NCBI RefSeq assembly: GCF_001457615.1
Contig: NZ_LN831024.1
Span: forward strand, 5,310,001-5,342,000
Direction of reading: 5' to 3'
From: Pseudomonas aeruginosa
Lineage (GTDB): Bacteria > Pseudomonadota > Gammaproteobacteria > Pseudomonadales > Pseudomonadaceae
DNA length: 32,000 bases
In this document: positions 1 to 8,767 of the stretch, in pieces
Layout: each line of letters begins with the position of its first letter
Numbering within the stretch: position 1 is the first letter of the stretch
Translations under genes and position numbers: made by a program
The notes under the pieces: generated by a model
Told to the model about the DNA's origin: nothing
The model's database searches: none
What the model saw: the letters and a program-made list of their open reading frames with translations, nothing else

Positions 1-562
1 TGGCGCCCTGGATCTCGAAATCGCTGAACGCCCATACCGTGCCCGCCACCAGCGCCGCGGCGGCCGGACTGGCCAGGCCGATGAAATAGCGCTTATCGGC
101 CTTGCCGACCTGGGTGTTGAAACGAGCCAGACGCAGGGCTGCGCCCGCAACGTAGATGAAGGCGACCATCCAGCCGACCTTGCCGAGGCTGCCAAGCGCC
201 CATTCGAAGGCGACCAGCGCCGGCGCCACACCGAAGGCGACCATGTCCGACAGCGAGTCGTACTCGGCGCCGAAGGCGCTCTGGGTGTTGGTCAGGCGAG
301 CCACGCGGCCGTCCAGTCCATCGAGGACCATGGCCACGAAGATAGCGATGGCGGCGTTGGCGAACTGGCCGCTCATGCCATTGATGATGGCGTAGAAGCC
401 GGAAAACAGGGCCGCCGTGGTGAACAGGTTGGGCAGCAGGTAGATACCGCGGTGACGAACCTTCCGCCCTTCGGCGTCGTGCCCTTCTTCTATATGTTCG
501 TCGATGGGCAGCAGGCTTTCTTCGTCGGAGGCCTTGTTCGGCTCCTCGGGACGTTCACTCAT
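1..562 (-). CDS. pssA: CDP-diacylglycerol--serine O-phosphatidyltransferase (phosphatidylserine synthase); 3' end cut by window edge
   Basis: Absent from the ORF track because it runs off the window. Manual minus-strand translation from ATG 562..560 (AAGGAA 7 nt upstream) gives MSERPEEPNKASDEESLLPIDEHIEEGHDAEGRKVRHRGIYLLPNLFTTAALFSGFYAIINGMSGQFANAAIAIFVAMVLDGLDGRVARLTNTQSAFGAEYDSLSDMV... This carries the CDP-alcohol phosphatidyltransferase motif DGx2ARx8Gx3Dx3D. The frame stays open to position 1. Confidence 0.85.
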   Translation of the reverse strand, partial: MSERPEEPNKASDEESLLPIDEHIEEGHDAEGRKVRHRGIYLLPNLFTTAALFSGFYAIINGMSGQFANAAIAIFVAMVLDGLDGRVARLTNTQSAFGAEYDSLSDMVAFGVAPALVAFEWALGSLGKVGWMVAFIYVAGAALRLARFNTQVGKADKRYFIGLASPAAAALVAGTVWAFSDFEIQGA

Positions 563-669
563 GGACAATTCCTTGGGAACTGATGGGGTACGAATATGCC
601 GACAGCACTTCTGACTAGGAAGACAACTCCGCCGGCCCAGGCTTTATACCAGATCGCCAGGCAAGAACG

Positions 670-700
670 AAAAAACGCGGCCGGGGCCGCGTTTCTTCGT
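670..700 (-). terminator. Rho-independent terminator downstream of ilvC
   Basis: It lies just after the ilvC stop (TAA, 719..717). The minus strand reads AAACGCGGCC-CC-GGCCGCGUUU followed by further U residues (plus-strand A run 670-675). Confidence 0.6.
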
Positions 701-716
701 CTGTCGCCGGAGCCGC

Positions 717-1746
<1,030 letters not shown>

Positions 1747-1776
1747 TCAGTAAGGCCTCGCGGGCCTGCTTTCAGT

Positions 1777-2268
1777 TCAGATGCTCAGAGTCTTGTCGCC
1801 ACGGGCGATGCCGGTGACGCCACTGCGGACCACTTCCAGGATCGACGCGGTGCCGATGGCCTGGATGAAGCTGTCCAGTTTGTCGCTGGTACCCGCCAGT
1901 TGCACGGTATAGACGCTACTGGTGACGTCGACGATCTGCCCACGGAAGATATCGGTGGTGCGCTTGACCTCGGCGCGCTGGGCGCCCGTGGCCTTGACCT
2001 TCACCAGCATCAGCTCGCGCTCGATATGGGCGCTTTCCGACAGATCCACCAGCTTGACCACTTCGATCAGCTTGTTGAGGTTCTTGGTGATCTGCTCGAT
2101 CACCTCATCGTGCCCCACGGTGGTCAGCGTCAGACGCGACAGGGTCGGGTCCTCGGTCGGCGCCACGGTAAGGCTTTCGATGTTGTAGTTGCGTTGGGAG
2201 AACAGGCCGACCACGCGGGACAATGCGCCTGGCTCGTTTTCCAGCAGCAGGGAAATGATGTGTCGCAT
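1777..2268 (-). CDS. ilvH: Acetolactate synthase III small (regulatory) subunit, ACT domain
   Basis: ORF 1777..2298. The likely start is the internal Met giving MRHIISLLLENEPGALSRVVGLFSQRNYNIESLTVAPTEDPTLSRLT, a typical IlvH N-terminus. ATG 2268..2266 lies 2 nt after the ilvI stop (TGA 2273..2271). Confidence 0.9.
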   Translation of the reverse strand: MRHIISLLLENEPGALSRVVGLFSQRNYNIESLTVAPTEDPTLSRLTLTTVGHDEVIEQITKNLNKLIEVVKLVDLSESAHIERELMLVKVKATGAQRAEVKRTTDIFRGQIVDVTSSVYTVQLAGTSDKLDSFIQAIGTASILEVVRSGVTGIARGDKTLSI

Positions 2269-2270
2269 GA

Positions 2271-3995
2271 TCAGGTACGCTCCGTCTTGCTCAGCCACAT
2301 GTCGCGCATCGCGCCGTCACGGATCTGCATCGGATAGACGTGTTCGCTGGCGTCCACCTGGATGTCGAGGAAGACCAGGCGATTCTTCATGGCGAACGCC
2401 TCCTCCATCTTCGGCTTCAGATCCTTCAGGTCGGTGATGCGCATGCCGACATGCCCGTAGGCTTCGGCAAGCTTGACGAAGTCCGGCAGGGATTCCATGT
2501 AGGAATGCGAATAACGGCTGTTGTACTGCATGTCCTGCCACTGGCGGACCATGCCCAGGGCACCATTGTTCAGGTTGACGATCTTCACCGGCAGGTCGTA
2601 CTGCAGGCAGGTAGACAGTTCCTGGATATTCATCTGGATACTGCCCTCGCCGGTCACGCAGGCGACATCGTCGTCCGGGAAGTTGAGCTTGATGCCCATC
2701 GCCGCCGGGAAGCCGAAGCCCATGGTGCCGAGACCGCCGGAGTTGATCCAGCGATTGGGCTTGTTGAACTTGTAGTACTGCGAGGCGAACATCTGGTGCT
2801 GGCCGACATCGGAGGTGATGAAGGCATCGCCATGGGTAACCTCGTAGAGCGTCTCGATGACGGTCTGCGGCTTGATGATGCTGCCGTCGCCCTTGTCGTA
2901 CGGGAACAACCCACGGTTACCACGCCACTCGTCGATCTGCTTCCACCAGGCAGCCTGGGCATCCTGGTTCGGGGTCTCGCCGATTTCCCTGACGATCGCG
3001 ACCATTTCGGTGAGAACGCTGTCCACCGGGCCGACGATCGGGATGTCGGCCTTGATGGTCTTGGAAATCGACGCCGGATCGATGTCGATGTGGATGATCT
3101 TGGCGTTCGGGCAGAACTTCGCCGCACCGTTGATGACCCGGTCGTCGAAACGCGCGCCGACCGCGAGGATCACGTCGCTGTGATGCATCGCCAGGTTGGC
3201 GGTGAAGCTGCCATGCATCCCGAGCATGCCGAGGAACTGGCGGTCCGCGCCGGGATACCCGCCGAGGCCCATCAGGGTGTTGGTCACCGGCAGGTTGAGC
3301 ATCTGCGCCAGCTCGGTCAGCGGCGCCGCGGCATTGCCCATGATCACGCCGCCGCCGGAATAGACCACCGGGCGCTTGGCGGCCAGGAGCATCTCGGCGG
3401 CCTTGCGGATCTGTCCCGAGTGACCGCGAACGGCCGGGCTGTACGAACGCAACTTGACCTTCTTCGGATAGGAATATTCGAACTTCTGCGTCGGGTCGCC
3501 CATGTCCTTCGGAATATCCACGACCACCGGCCCCGGACGACCGGACTGCGCCAGGTAGAAGGCCTTCTTGATCACCTCGGGAATTTCCGAGGGATGCTTG
3601 ATGATGAAGCTGTGCTTCACGATCGGCCGGGAGATCCCGACCATGTCGGTTTCCTGGAACGCATCGGTACCGACCATGTTGCTCGGCACCTGGCCCGACA
3701 GGATCACCATCGGGATGGAGTCCATGTATGCGGTGGCGATACCGGTGATGGCGTTGGTCGCGCCCGGGCCGGAAGTCACCAGCACGACACCGGGCTTGCC
3801 GGTGGCGCGGGCGTAGCCGTCGGCCATATGGGTAGCCGCCTGTTCGTGGCGCACCAGGATGTGGGTCACGTCGTGCTCCTTGAAGAGCGCGTCGTAGATA
3901 TGCAGGAGGGCACCACCCGGGTACCCGTAGATGTACTTAACGCCTTCGTCGCGCAACGAGCGGACGACCATTTCAGCGCCAGATAAAAGCTCCAC
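2271..3995 (-). CDS. ilvI: Acetolactate synthase III large (catalytic) subunit, ThDP-dependent
   Basis: 574-aa ORF with GTG start at 3995..3993 preceded by AGAGGTG. Sequence [37 protein letters not shown]..., with ThDP-binding region [15 protein letters not shown]. The ilvI-ilvH-ilvC gene order matches. Confidence 0.95.
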   Translation of the reverse strand: MELLSGAEMVVRSLRDEGVKYIYGYPGGALLHIYDALFKEHDVTHILVRHEQAATHMADGYARATGKPGVVLVTSGPGATNAITGIATAYMDSIPMVILSGQVPSNMVGTDAFQETDMVGISRPIVKHSFIIKHPSEIPEVIKKAFYLAQSGRPGPVVVDIPKDMGDPTQKFEYSYPKKVKLRSYSPAVRGHSGQIRKAAEMLLAAKRPVVYSGGGVIMGNAAAPLTELAQMLNLPVTNTLMGLGGYPGADRQFLGMLGMHGSFTANLAMHHSDVILAVGARFDDRVINGAAKFCPNAKIIHIDIDPASISKTIKADIPIVGPVDSVLTEMVAIVREIGETPNQDAQAAWWKQIDEWRGNRGLFPYDKGDGSIIKPQTVIETLYEVTHGDAFITSDVGQHQMFASQYYKFNKPNRWINSGGLGTMGFGFPAAMGIKLNFPDDDVACVTGEGSIQMNIQELSTCLQYDLPVKIVNLNNGALGMVRQWQDMQYNSRYSHSYMESLPDFVKLAEAYGHVGMRITDLKDLKPKMEEAFAMKNRLVFLDIQVDASEHVYPMQIRDGAMRDMWLSKTERT

Positions 3996-4258
3996 GTTTT
4001 CACCTCTAGAACGCTATACGGCCACCCAGGGGCGGGCGACCGAAATTCGGTTGGCTGCCCGGCAGAGCATGGGTGACGGTAGTCACCGGCTACGTCAACT
4101 GCCGATTGAGCAAACTTGGAAGGGCGCCTGGTGTTACGGAGCTCTTCCACCCAGCGCGAGGTAACGCGAAGCAGGGTGTAACTTTCGGCGCGGGTAGGCA
4201 CCTCATGGTCTGCCGGAGAGGGGACTGGGTTGCAGACGGCCCGCTACAGCGAGCTTGG

Positions 4259-4315
4259 ATTCTTCGCATTCGTCGAACGCAAGTCAAGCTTTATTCTGAA
4301 AATTATCAAAAAAAA
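4259..4315 (-). promoter_or_regulatory. Predicted sigma70 promoter of ilvIHC with upstream AT-rich UP-like block
   Basis: Minus strand: TTGACT (4287..4282), 17-nt spacer, AAGAAT (4264..4259). Immediately upstream is GGAATTTTTTTTGATAATTTTCAGAATAAAGC (T8 = plus A8 4308-4315). The predicted TSS near 4252 gives a leader of about 255 nt. Confidence 0.5.
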
Positions 4316-4545
4316 TTCCAAGGAAGCTGCCATACCCTTCCATAAAAAAGCTGATCAATGACCAAAAACAGATTTTATGGCTAGAAAATTCCGATTTAGA
4401 GCAAACTTTTCCAAAATGCCCATGATTCCCGCGAGGACTTGCCACGGCGAGGCCGTCTCCGGCGGCGGTTGTGATGCCGTGCAGCATGCCGCGCTGGCGG
4501 ATTTGGTTATAGTTAGCCGCAGTTAGCGCATTCCAAGGACTCCGC

Positions 4546-4998
4546 ATGCGACGCATGATCCTCCCGGCCAGCTTGTTGCTCGCCCTCTCCTCTTTCGCCA
4601 TGGCCGCCCCGATCTACAAATGGGTCGACGCCGAGGGCGTCACCCACTTCGGCGCACAACCGCCGCAAGGTGCGCAAGCGACCACGGTGAATACCCAGAC
4701 CGCCCCGCCGCCGGACAACTTCCCCCTGCCCCCCTCGACCCCGGCACCGACCATCCAGCAGAAACCGGCCGATCCCGAGCAGAAGGCGATCGACGACAAG
4801 GTGAAGCAGCAAGTGGCGAAGGAAGAGGCCGAGCGCAAGCAGTTCTGCGAAGAGACCCGCAACAACCTCGCGCAACTGAAGAACAACCCGCGCGTAAGGG
4901 TCGACGAAGGCAAGGGCGAACTCCGTCGCCTCGGCGAGGAAGAACGCCAGGAGCGAATCGCCAAGGCCGAAAAGGCGATCCAGGAGAATTGCCGCTGA
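4546..4998 (+). CDS. Secreted DUF4124-like protein with Pro-rich linker and charged coiled-coil C-terminus
   Basis: 150-aa ORF. Signal peptide MRRMILPASLLLALSSFAMA/AP, then IYKWVDAEGVTHFGAQPP (DUF4124-type N-domain, family assignment from memory). SD AAGGAC sits 6 nt upstream. Confidence 0.8.
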   Translation: MRRMILPASLLLALSSFAMAAPIYKWVDAEGVTHFGAQPPQGAQATTVNTQTAPPPDNFPLPPSTPAPTIQQKPADPEQKAIDDKVKQQVAKEEAERKQFCEETRNNLAQLKNNPRVRVDEGKGELRRLGEEERQERIAKAEKAIQENCR

Positions 4999-5062
4999 GG
5001 CGAACACAGCCCCGTCCCGCAGCATGGGGCTGACCCGGCTCTCCGCCTTGCTTGAAGCAAAG

Positions 5063-5089
5063 AAAAACCCGGCCTGTAGCCGGGTTTTT
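5063..5089. terminator. Bidirectional intrinsic terminator between convergent genes
   Basis: AAAAACCCGGC-CTGTA-GCCGGGTTTTT. Perfect 11-bp stem with A/T runs on both sides, so it is usable on either strand. Confidence 0.85.
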
Positions 5090-5105
5090 CTTTACTGCCG
5101 AAGCT

Positions 5106-5435
5106 TCATGACGGCCCGCCGATCAGCCGGTCGAACTCGCCAAGCGCCGCCAGCAGACCGGCGACTTCCTCGCCACGCTGCGCATAGGCCACCTCGGCCA
5201 TGGCCAGGATACCCGAGGCCTGCGGCAAGGCGCTGTCGCTTTCGAGAATCAGCTTCATCCGCGGCAGGAAGATCCATTGCAGCCATTGCTCGAGCGCCAG
5301 CGTATCCACGCAGAACGGCTCGGGGCTGGCCAGCGCTTCCGGGGCGGGGCGGCTTTCGCTCCACCAGCCGAGGGCACGCAACTCACGCTCGATCAGCAAC
5401 AACTGGTCGGCCAGCGCATAGACCCGTCGATCCAT
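5106..5435 (-). CDS. YqcC-family (DUF446) cytoplasmic protein
   Basis: 109-aa ORF MDRRVYALADQLLLIERELRALGWWSESRPAPEALASPEPFCVDTLALEQWLQWIFLPRM... matches my recollection of the YqcC family. No signal peptide. Its ATG (5435..5433) overlaps the lpoP stop by 1 nt (TGATG). Confidence 0.75.
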   Translation of the reverse strand: MDRRVYALADQLLLIERELRALGWWSESRPAPEALASPEPFCVDTLALEQWLQWIFLPRMKLILESDSALPQASGILAMAEVAYAQRGEEVAGLLAALGEFDRLIGGPS

Positions 5436-6214
5436 CAGGAGCTGACCTTTGCCTTCTGCCGGGCCAGCGCAGCGCCGGCGGAGTCTCCCTGCTTCTCCCG
5501 CGCCTGGGCGATCAGTTCCCAGAGCCCGGCCTGCAAGGCCGGCCGGCCATTGGCGTAGCTCAAGCCACGGCGCGCGACCTGCTCGGCCTGGGCCGCATCG
5601 CCCTGGGCCAGGCGCACCTGGGCCAGGCGATAGAGCACCTGCGGCTCGCGCGGAGCGATGCGCTGGGCTCGCTCGAGGCTGGCGGCGGCGCTGTTCAGGT
5701 CGCCGCTGCCCTGCTGTTGCTGGGCGGTTGTGAGCATCGCCAGGACCGGCCCGTCCAACTGCTCGTCGGCCGCCAGGCTGCCGGCCGAGCCGGAGGCCGG
5801 AATGCCGGTGGGCGCGGAACGACTGGCGCCGCTGGGCGGCATGTTGTAGCTGCCACCCAGCGGTGGCGTGGAGGCGCTGCTGGGCGGAGCCTGGTACTGG
5901 GTGCCGGTGCCGAGCGGAGCGCTGCTGATCGGCGCGGCGCCGGACTGCGCCGGGAAAGTCTGGATCGGTGCGGAATTGGCGCCCTGCGGCACCATCACCA
6001 CCACACCGGAGTCGCCGCCCTGGGGAATGCCCTGGGTGGCGGCGCCTTGCTGGGTACGCGGTACCTGGGTACGGGTGATGCGGAAACCGCCGCTTTCCTG
6101 GTTGGACACCGGAGTACCGGAATCCACCACCGGGATCGCCCCGTGCTGCGGGCTGGCGCAGCCCGCGAGCACGGCACTGCCGGCAAGCGCGGCGAATACG
6201 AAAATCTTCTTCAC
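5435..6214 (-). CDS. lpoP: Outer-membrane lipoprotein activator of PBP1b (lipobox, long low-complexity linker, C-terminal TPR)
   Basis: 259-aa ORF with GTG start 6214..6212 and SD GAGAGGA. Lipobox MKKIFVFAALAGSAVLAGC. The central part is a P/G/S/A/Q-rich disordered stretch. The C-terminus has TPR-like repeats (LERAQRIAPREPQVLYRLAQVRLAQGDAAQAEQVARRGL). It lies directly downstream of mrcB, as reported for LpoP (PA4699). Confidence 0.85.
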   Translation of the reverse strand: MKKIFVFAALAGSAVLAGCASPQHGAIPVVDSGTPVSNQESGGFRITRTQVPRTQQGAATQGIPQGGDSGVVVMVPQGANSAPIQTFPAQSGAAPISSAPLGTGTQYQAPPSSASTPPLGGSYNMPPSGASRSAPTGIPASGSAGSLAADEQLDGPVLAMLTTAQQQQGSGDLNSAAASLERAQRIAPREPQVLYRLAQVRLAQGDAAQAEQVARRGLSYANGRPALQAGLWELIAQAREKQGDSAGAALARQKAKVSS

Positions 6215-6230
6215 GTCAGGTCCTCTCGGA

Positions 6231-8555
6231 TCAATTCAGCCAGCCACGTACCCAGTCCATCACCTCGCCGGCGGGGTTCTGGCTCCCGCAGCCTGGGCCC
6301 TGGGCGGGCTCGCTGCCACGAATATAGGGCATCTGTACGGCATTCGGGCAATCCGCCGCCGAGCCCTGCCCGGTCTGCGCGTCGACCCAGGCCATCACCA
6401 CGTTCTCCGGCATCGGCATTTCCAGCGATTGCGGATGCGCCTTGCGCATGAAGCTGGCCCACACCTGCAAGGCACCGGTGGCGCCGGTAAGCGGCGTCTT
6501 GCCGTTGTCGTCGCGACCGAGCCAGACCACAGCCTGGAGGTCGCCGCCGAAACCGGAGAACCAGCTATCGCGCGAGTCGTTGCTGGTGCCGGTCTTGCCG
6601 GCGAGGGTCAGCGACGACGGCAATTGACTGTACACCGAACGCCCGGTGCCTTCGCGCATGACCCGCTGCATGGCGTTCTGCACCAGGTAGACGGCGCCCG
6701 AGTCGAAGCGCTGTTCGACCTGGAACGGATAGCGCTTGAGCGGCTGGCCGTCGGCAGTGAGGACGCTGCGGATCCCCCGCAACGGCGTGTTGAAGCCGCC
6801 GCTGGCGATGGTCTGGTACATGGTGGCGACCTCCATCGGACTGAGCGAACCGGCGCCCAGCAGCATCGACGGATAGGCCGGCCAGTCACGGTTGATACCC
6901 AGCCGGGCGACGGTCTGCAGCACGTTGGGCACACCGACGTCGAGGCCGAGCTTGGCGGTGGACAGGTTGTAGGAGTTTGCCAGGCCCTGGTACAGGAAGA
7001 TCGTGCCATGCGAGCGCCGGTCGTAGTTCTGCGGTCGCCAGACCTGGCCGTCCTGGCCTTTCACCGCGAAGGGCTCGTCCTGCACCCAGGTGGTCAGGGT
7101 GTACTTGCTCGGCCGCTCGAGAGCGGTCAGGTAGACCGCCGGCTTGATCAGCGAACCGATCGGCCGCACCGCGTCCAGGGCCCGGTTGAAGCCGGCGAAG
7201 CGCGGGTCGCGACTGCCGATCAGGGCCTGGATCTCGCCGGTTTCCGGATTGGTCACGACCATCGCCGCCTCGACCTGGTCGACTCCCTTGCGCCCACTGA
7301 GGCGCTTGAGCGTTTCGTTGACGGAGGTCTCGGCCTTCTCCTGCAGGATCGGATCGAAGCTGGTGAAGATGCGCAGCCCTTCCTCGGTCAGGTCCTCGTC
7401 GCGGTAGTCCTGGCGCAACTGGCGCTTGACCAGGTCGAGGAAGGCCGGATAGGAGCTGTCGGCCATGCTGCCCTGCCGGGTCACGCCGAGCGGGCGCTGC
7501 TTGGCGGCGTCGACTTCCTGCTGGGTCGCCACGCCCTGCTCGGCGAGCACGTCGAGCACCAGGTTGCGCCGCGCCAGCGCACGATCCGGGTAACGCCGCG
7601 GGTTGAAGTAGGACGGTCCCTTGACCATGCCGACCAGCAGCGCCACCTGGTCGAGCTTGAGCTCGGCCAGCGGCTGGCTGAAGAAATACTGGCTGGCCAG
7701 GCCGAAGCCATGGATCGCTCGTTGCCCATCCTGGCCGAGGAACACCTCGTTGAGATAGGACTCGAGGATGTCGCGCTTGTCGTAGTGCAGCTCCAGCAGC
7801 ACCGCCATCATCGCTTCGTTGATCTTGCGGCTCAGGCTGCGTTCGTTGCTCAGGAAGAAGTTCTTCACCAACTGCTGGGTCAGGGTGCTGCCGCCCTGGC
7901 GCAACTGGCCGGCCGTGGTGTTGACCCACACCGCCCGCGCCACGGACTTCAGCGACACACCATGGTGGTTCCAGAAGTCGCGATCCTCGACCGCGACCAG
8001 GGTGTCGATCAGGTAGGTCGGCACCTGGTCGAGCTTGACCAGGATGCGATCCTCATGGTGCGCCGGATACAAGCCGCCGATCAGCAGCGGCTCAAGGCGC
8101 GCCACCGCCAGTTCCTTGCCGTTGGCCTGGCTCAGCCCGCTGACGTAGTTGCCGTTGAAGCGCACGCGCACGCGCTGGGCCGGTTCCGCGCCTTCGTAGA
8201 ACTGGAAGCCACGGGTATTGAGTTCGACCGCGCTGGCCGCCACCGATACGGTTCCAGGGCCGCTCACGCTGGGCTCGCGACGGTAGCCGAGGGCGTCGAG
8301 TTCGCGCAGGAAGTCTTCCCTGCTCAGCTTCAGGCCGTTGAACAGCTCCAGCGGGCGGGCATAGACCTTCGCCGGGATGGTCCAGCGCCGGCCGGAGAAT
8401 TTCTCCTGCACCACCGCATCGAGATAGATGGCGAAGCCGGCGAGGAGCACCAGGCCGACGAGGCCGAGCTTGAGAGCCCAGCTGAGCCATTTGTTCAGGC
8501 CGGGTGCCGGGCGTGCTTTGCTGTTACGGGAACGGGGGGATCGGGGACGCGTCAT
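6231..8555 (-). CDS. mrcB: Bifunctional class A penicillin-binding protein 1b (glycosyltransferase/transpeptidase)
   Basis: 774-aa ORF. GT51 motifs EDRDFWNHHGV and GGSTLTQQL. Transpeptidase motifs SLIK (SxxK), SYN (SxN) and KTGT. N-terminal Arg-rich tail followed by one TM helix (WLSWALKLGLVGLVLLAGFAIYL). Confidence 0.95.
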   Translation of the reverse strand: MTRPRSPRSRNSKARPAPGLNKWLSWALKLGLVGLVLLAGFAIYLDAVVQEKFSGRRWTIPAKVYARPLELFNGLKLSREDFLRELDALGYRREPSVSGPGTVSVAASAVELNTRGFQFYEGAEPAQRVRVRFNGNYVSGLSQANGKELAVARLEPLLIGGLYPAHHEDRILVKLDQVPTYLIDTLVAVEDRDFWNHHGVSLKSVARAVWVNTTAGQLRQGGSTLTQQLVKNFFLSNERSLSRKINEAMMAVLLELHYDKRDILESYLNEVFLGQDGQRAIHGFGLASQYFFSQPLAELKLDQVALLVGMVKGPSYFNPRRYPDRALARRNLVLDVLAEQGVATQQEVDAAKQRPLGVTRQGSMADSSYPAFLDLVKRQLRQDYRDEDLTEEGLRIFTSFDPILQEKAETSVNETLKRLSGRKGVDQVEAAMVVTNPETGEIQALIGSRDPRFAGFNRALDAVRPIGSLIKPAVYLTALERPSKYTLTTWVQDEPFAVKGQDGQVWRPQNYDRRSHGTIFLYQGLANSYNLSTAKLGLDVGVPNVLQTVARLGINRDWPAYPSMLLGAGSLSPMEVATMYQTIASGGFNTPLRGIRSVLTADGQPLKRYPFQVEQRFDSGAVYLVQNAMQRVMREGTGRSVYSQLPSSLTLAGKTGTSNDSRDSWFSGFGGDLQAVVWLGRDDNGKTPLTGATGALQVWASFMRKAHPQSLEMPMPENVVMAWVDAQTGQGSAADCPNAVQMPYIRGSEPAQGPGCGSQNPAGEVMDWVRGWLN

Positions 8556-8563
8556 GGCGGCGC

Positions 8564-8569
8564 ATTATA
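8564..8569 (-). promoter_or_regulatory. Perfect TATAAT -10 hexamer 8 nt upstream of the mrcB ATG (possible leaderless transcript)
   Basis: The minus strand reads GTATAATGCGCCGCCATGACG. No purine-rich SD lies between the hexamer and the ATG. I found no good -35 element. Confidence 0.35.
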
Positions 8570-8703
8570 CGTACTTTATCCACAGCGGACAGACACCGCA
8601 TCGGCGGCATCCACGGTCTGCGCGGCCCCGGTGGATAGACGCGGCGGCAGCGCGGCGCATTCGACCGGCGATCCGGCAAATGGTTGCTATCCGCCAGCGA
8701 GGT

Positions 8704-8731
8704 TTGCACTGTCACCCCTTCCCGCCATAAT
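8704..8731 (+). promoter_or_regulatory. Candidate sigma70 promoter for the fusion-kinase gene
   Basis: TTGCAC (8704-8709), 16-nt spacer, CATAAT (8726-8731). The -10 lies in the loop of a small CCCGC/GCGGG hairpin followed by TTTT. Confidence 0.35.
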
Positions 8732-8767
8732 GCGGGTTTTCGCATATTTCAGAGGCAAGGATATCCC

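Noticed and set aside
2340-3986. 548-aa plus-strand ORF opposite ilvI (and 1252..2337 opposite ilvC/ilvH)
   Set aside because: It is antisense to highly conserved ilv genes, with His/Asp/Gly/Val/Arg-rich composition and no start context.
4090-4287. Small minus-strand ORFs in the ilvIHC leader as possible attenuation leader peptides
   Set aside because: The encoded peptides (for example MRCLPAPKVTPCFALPRAGWK...) are not enriched in Ile/Val/Leu codon runs. No terminator or antiterminator pair with a U tract follows them.
4284-4601. 105-aa minus-strand ORF spanning the AT-rich island and the start of the DUF4124 gene
   Set aside because: It has no SD and overlaps the start and signal peptide of a credible gene on the other strand. 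Its composition simply mirrors the AT-rich DNA (Phe/Lys/Ser/Asn), and it would cover the predicted ilvIHC promoter.
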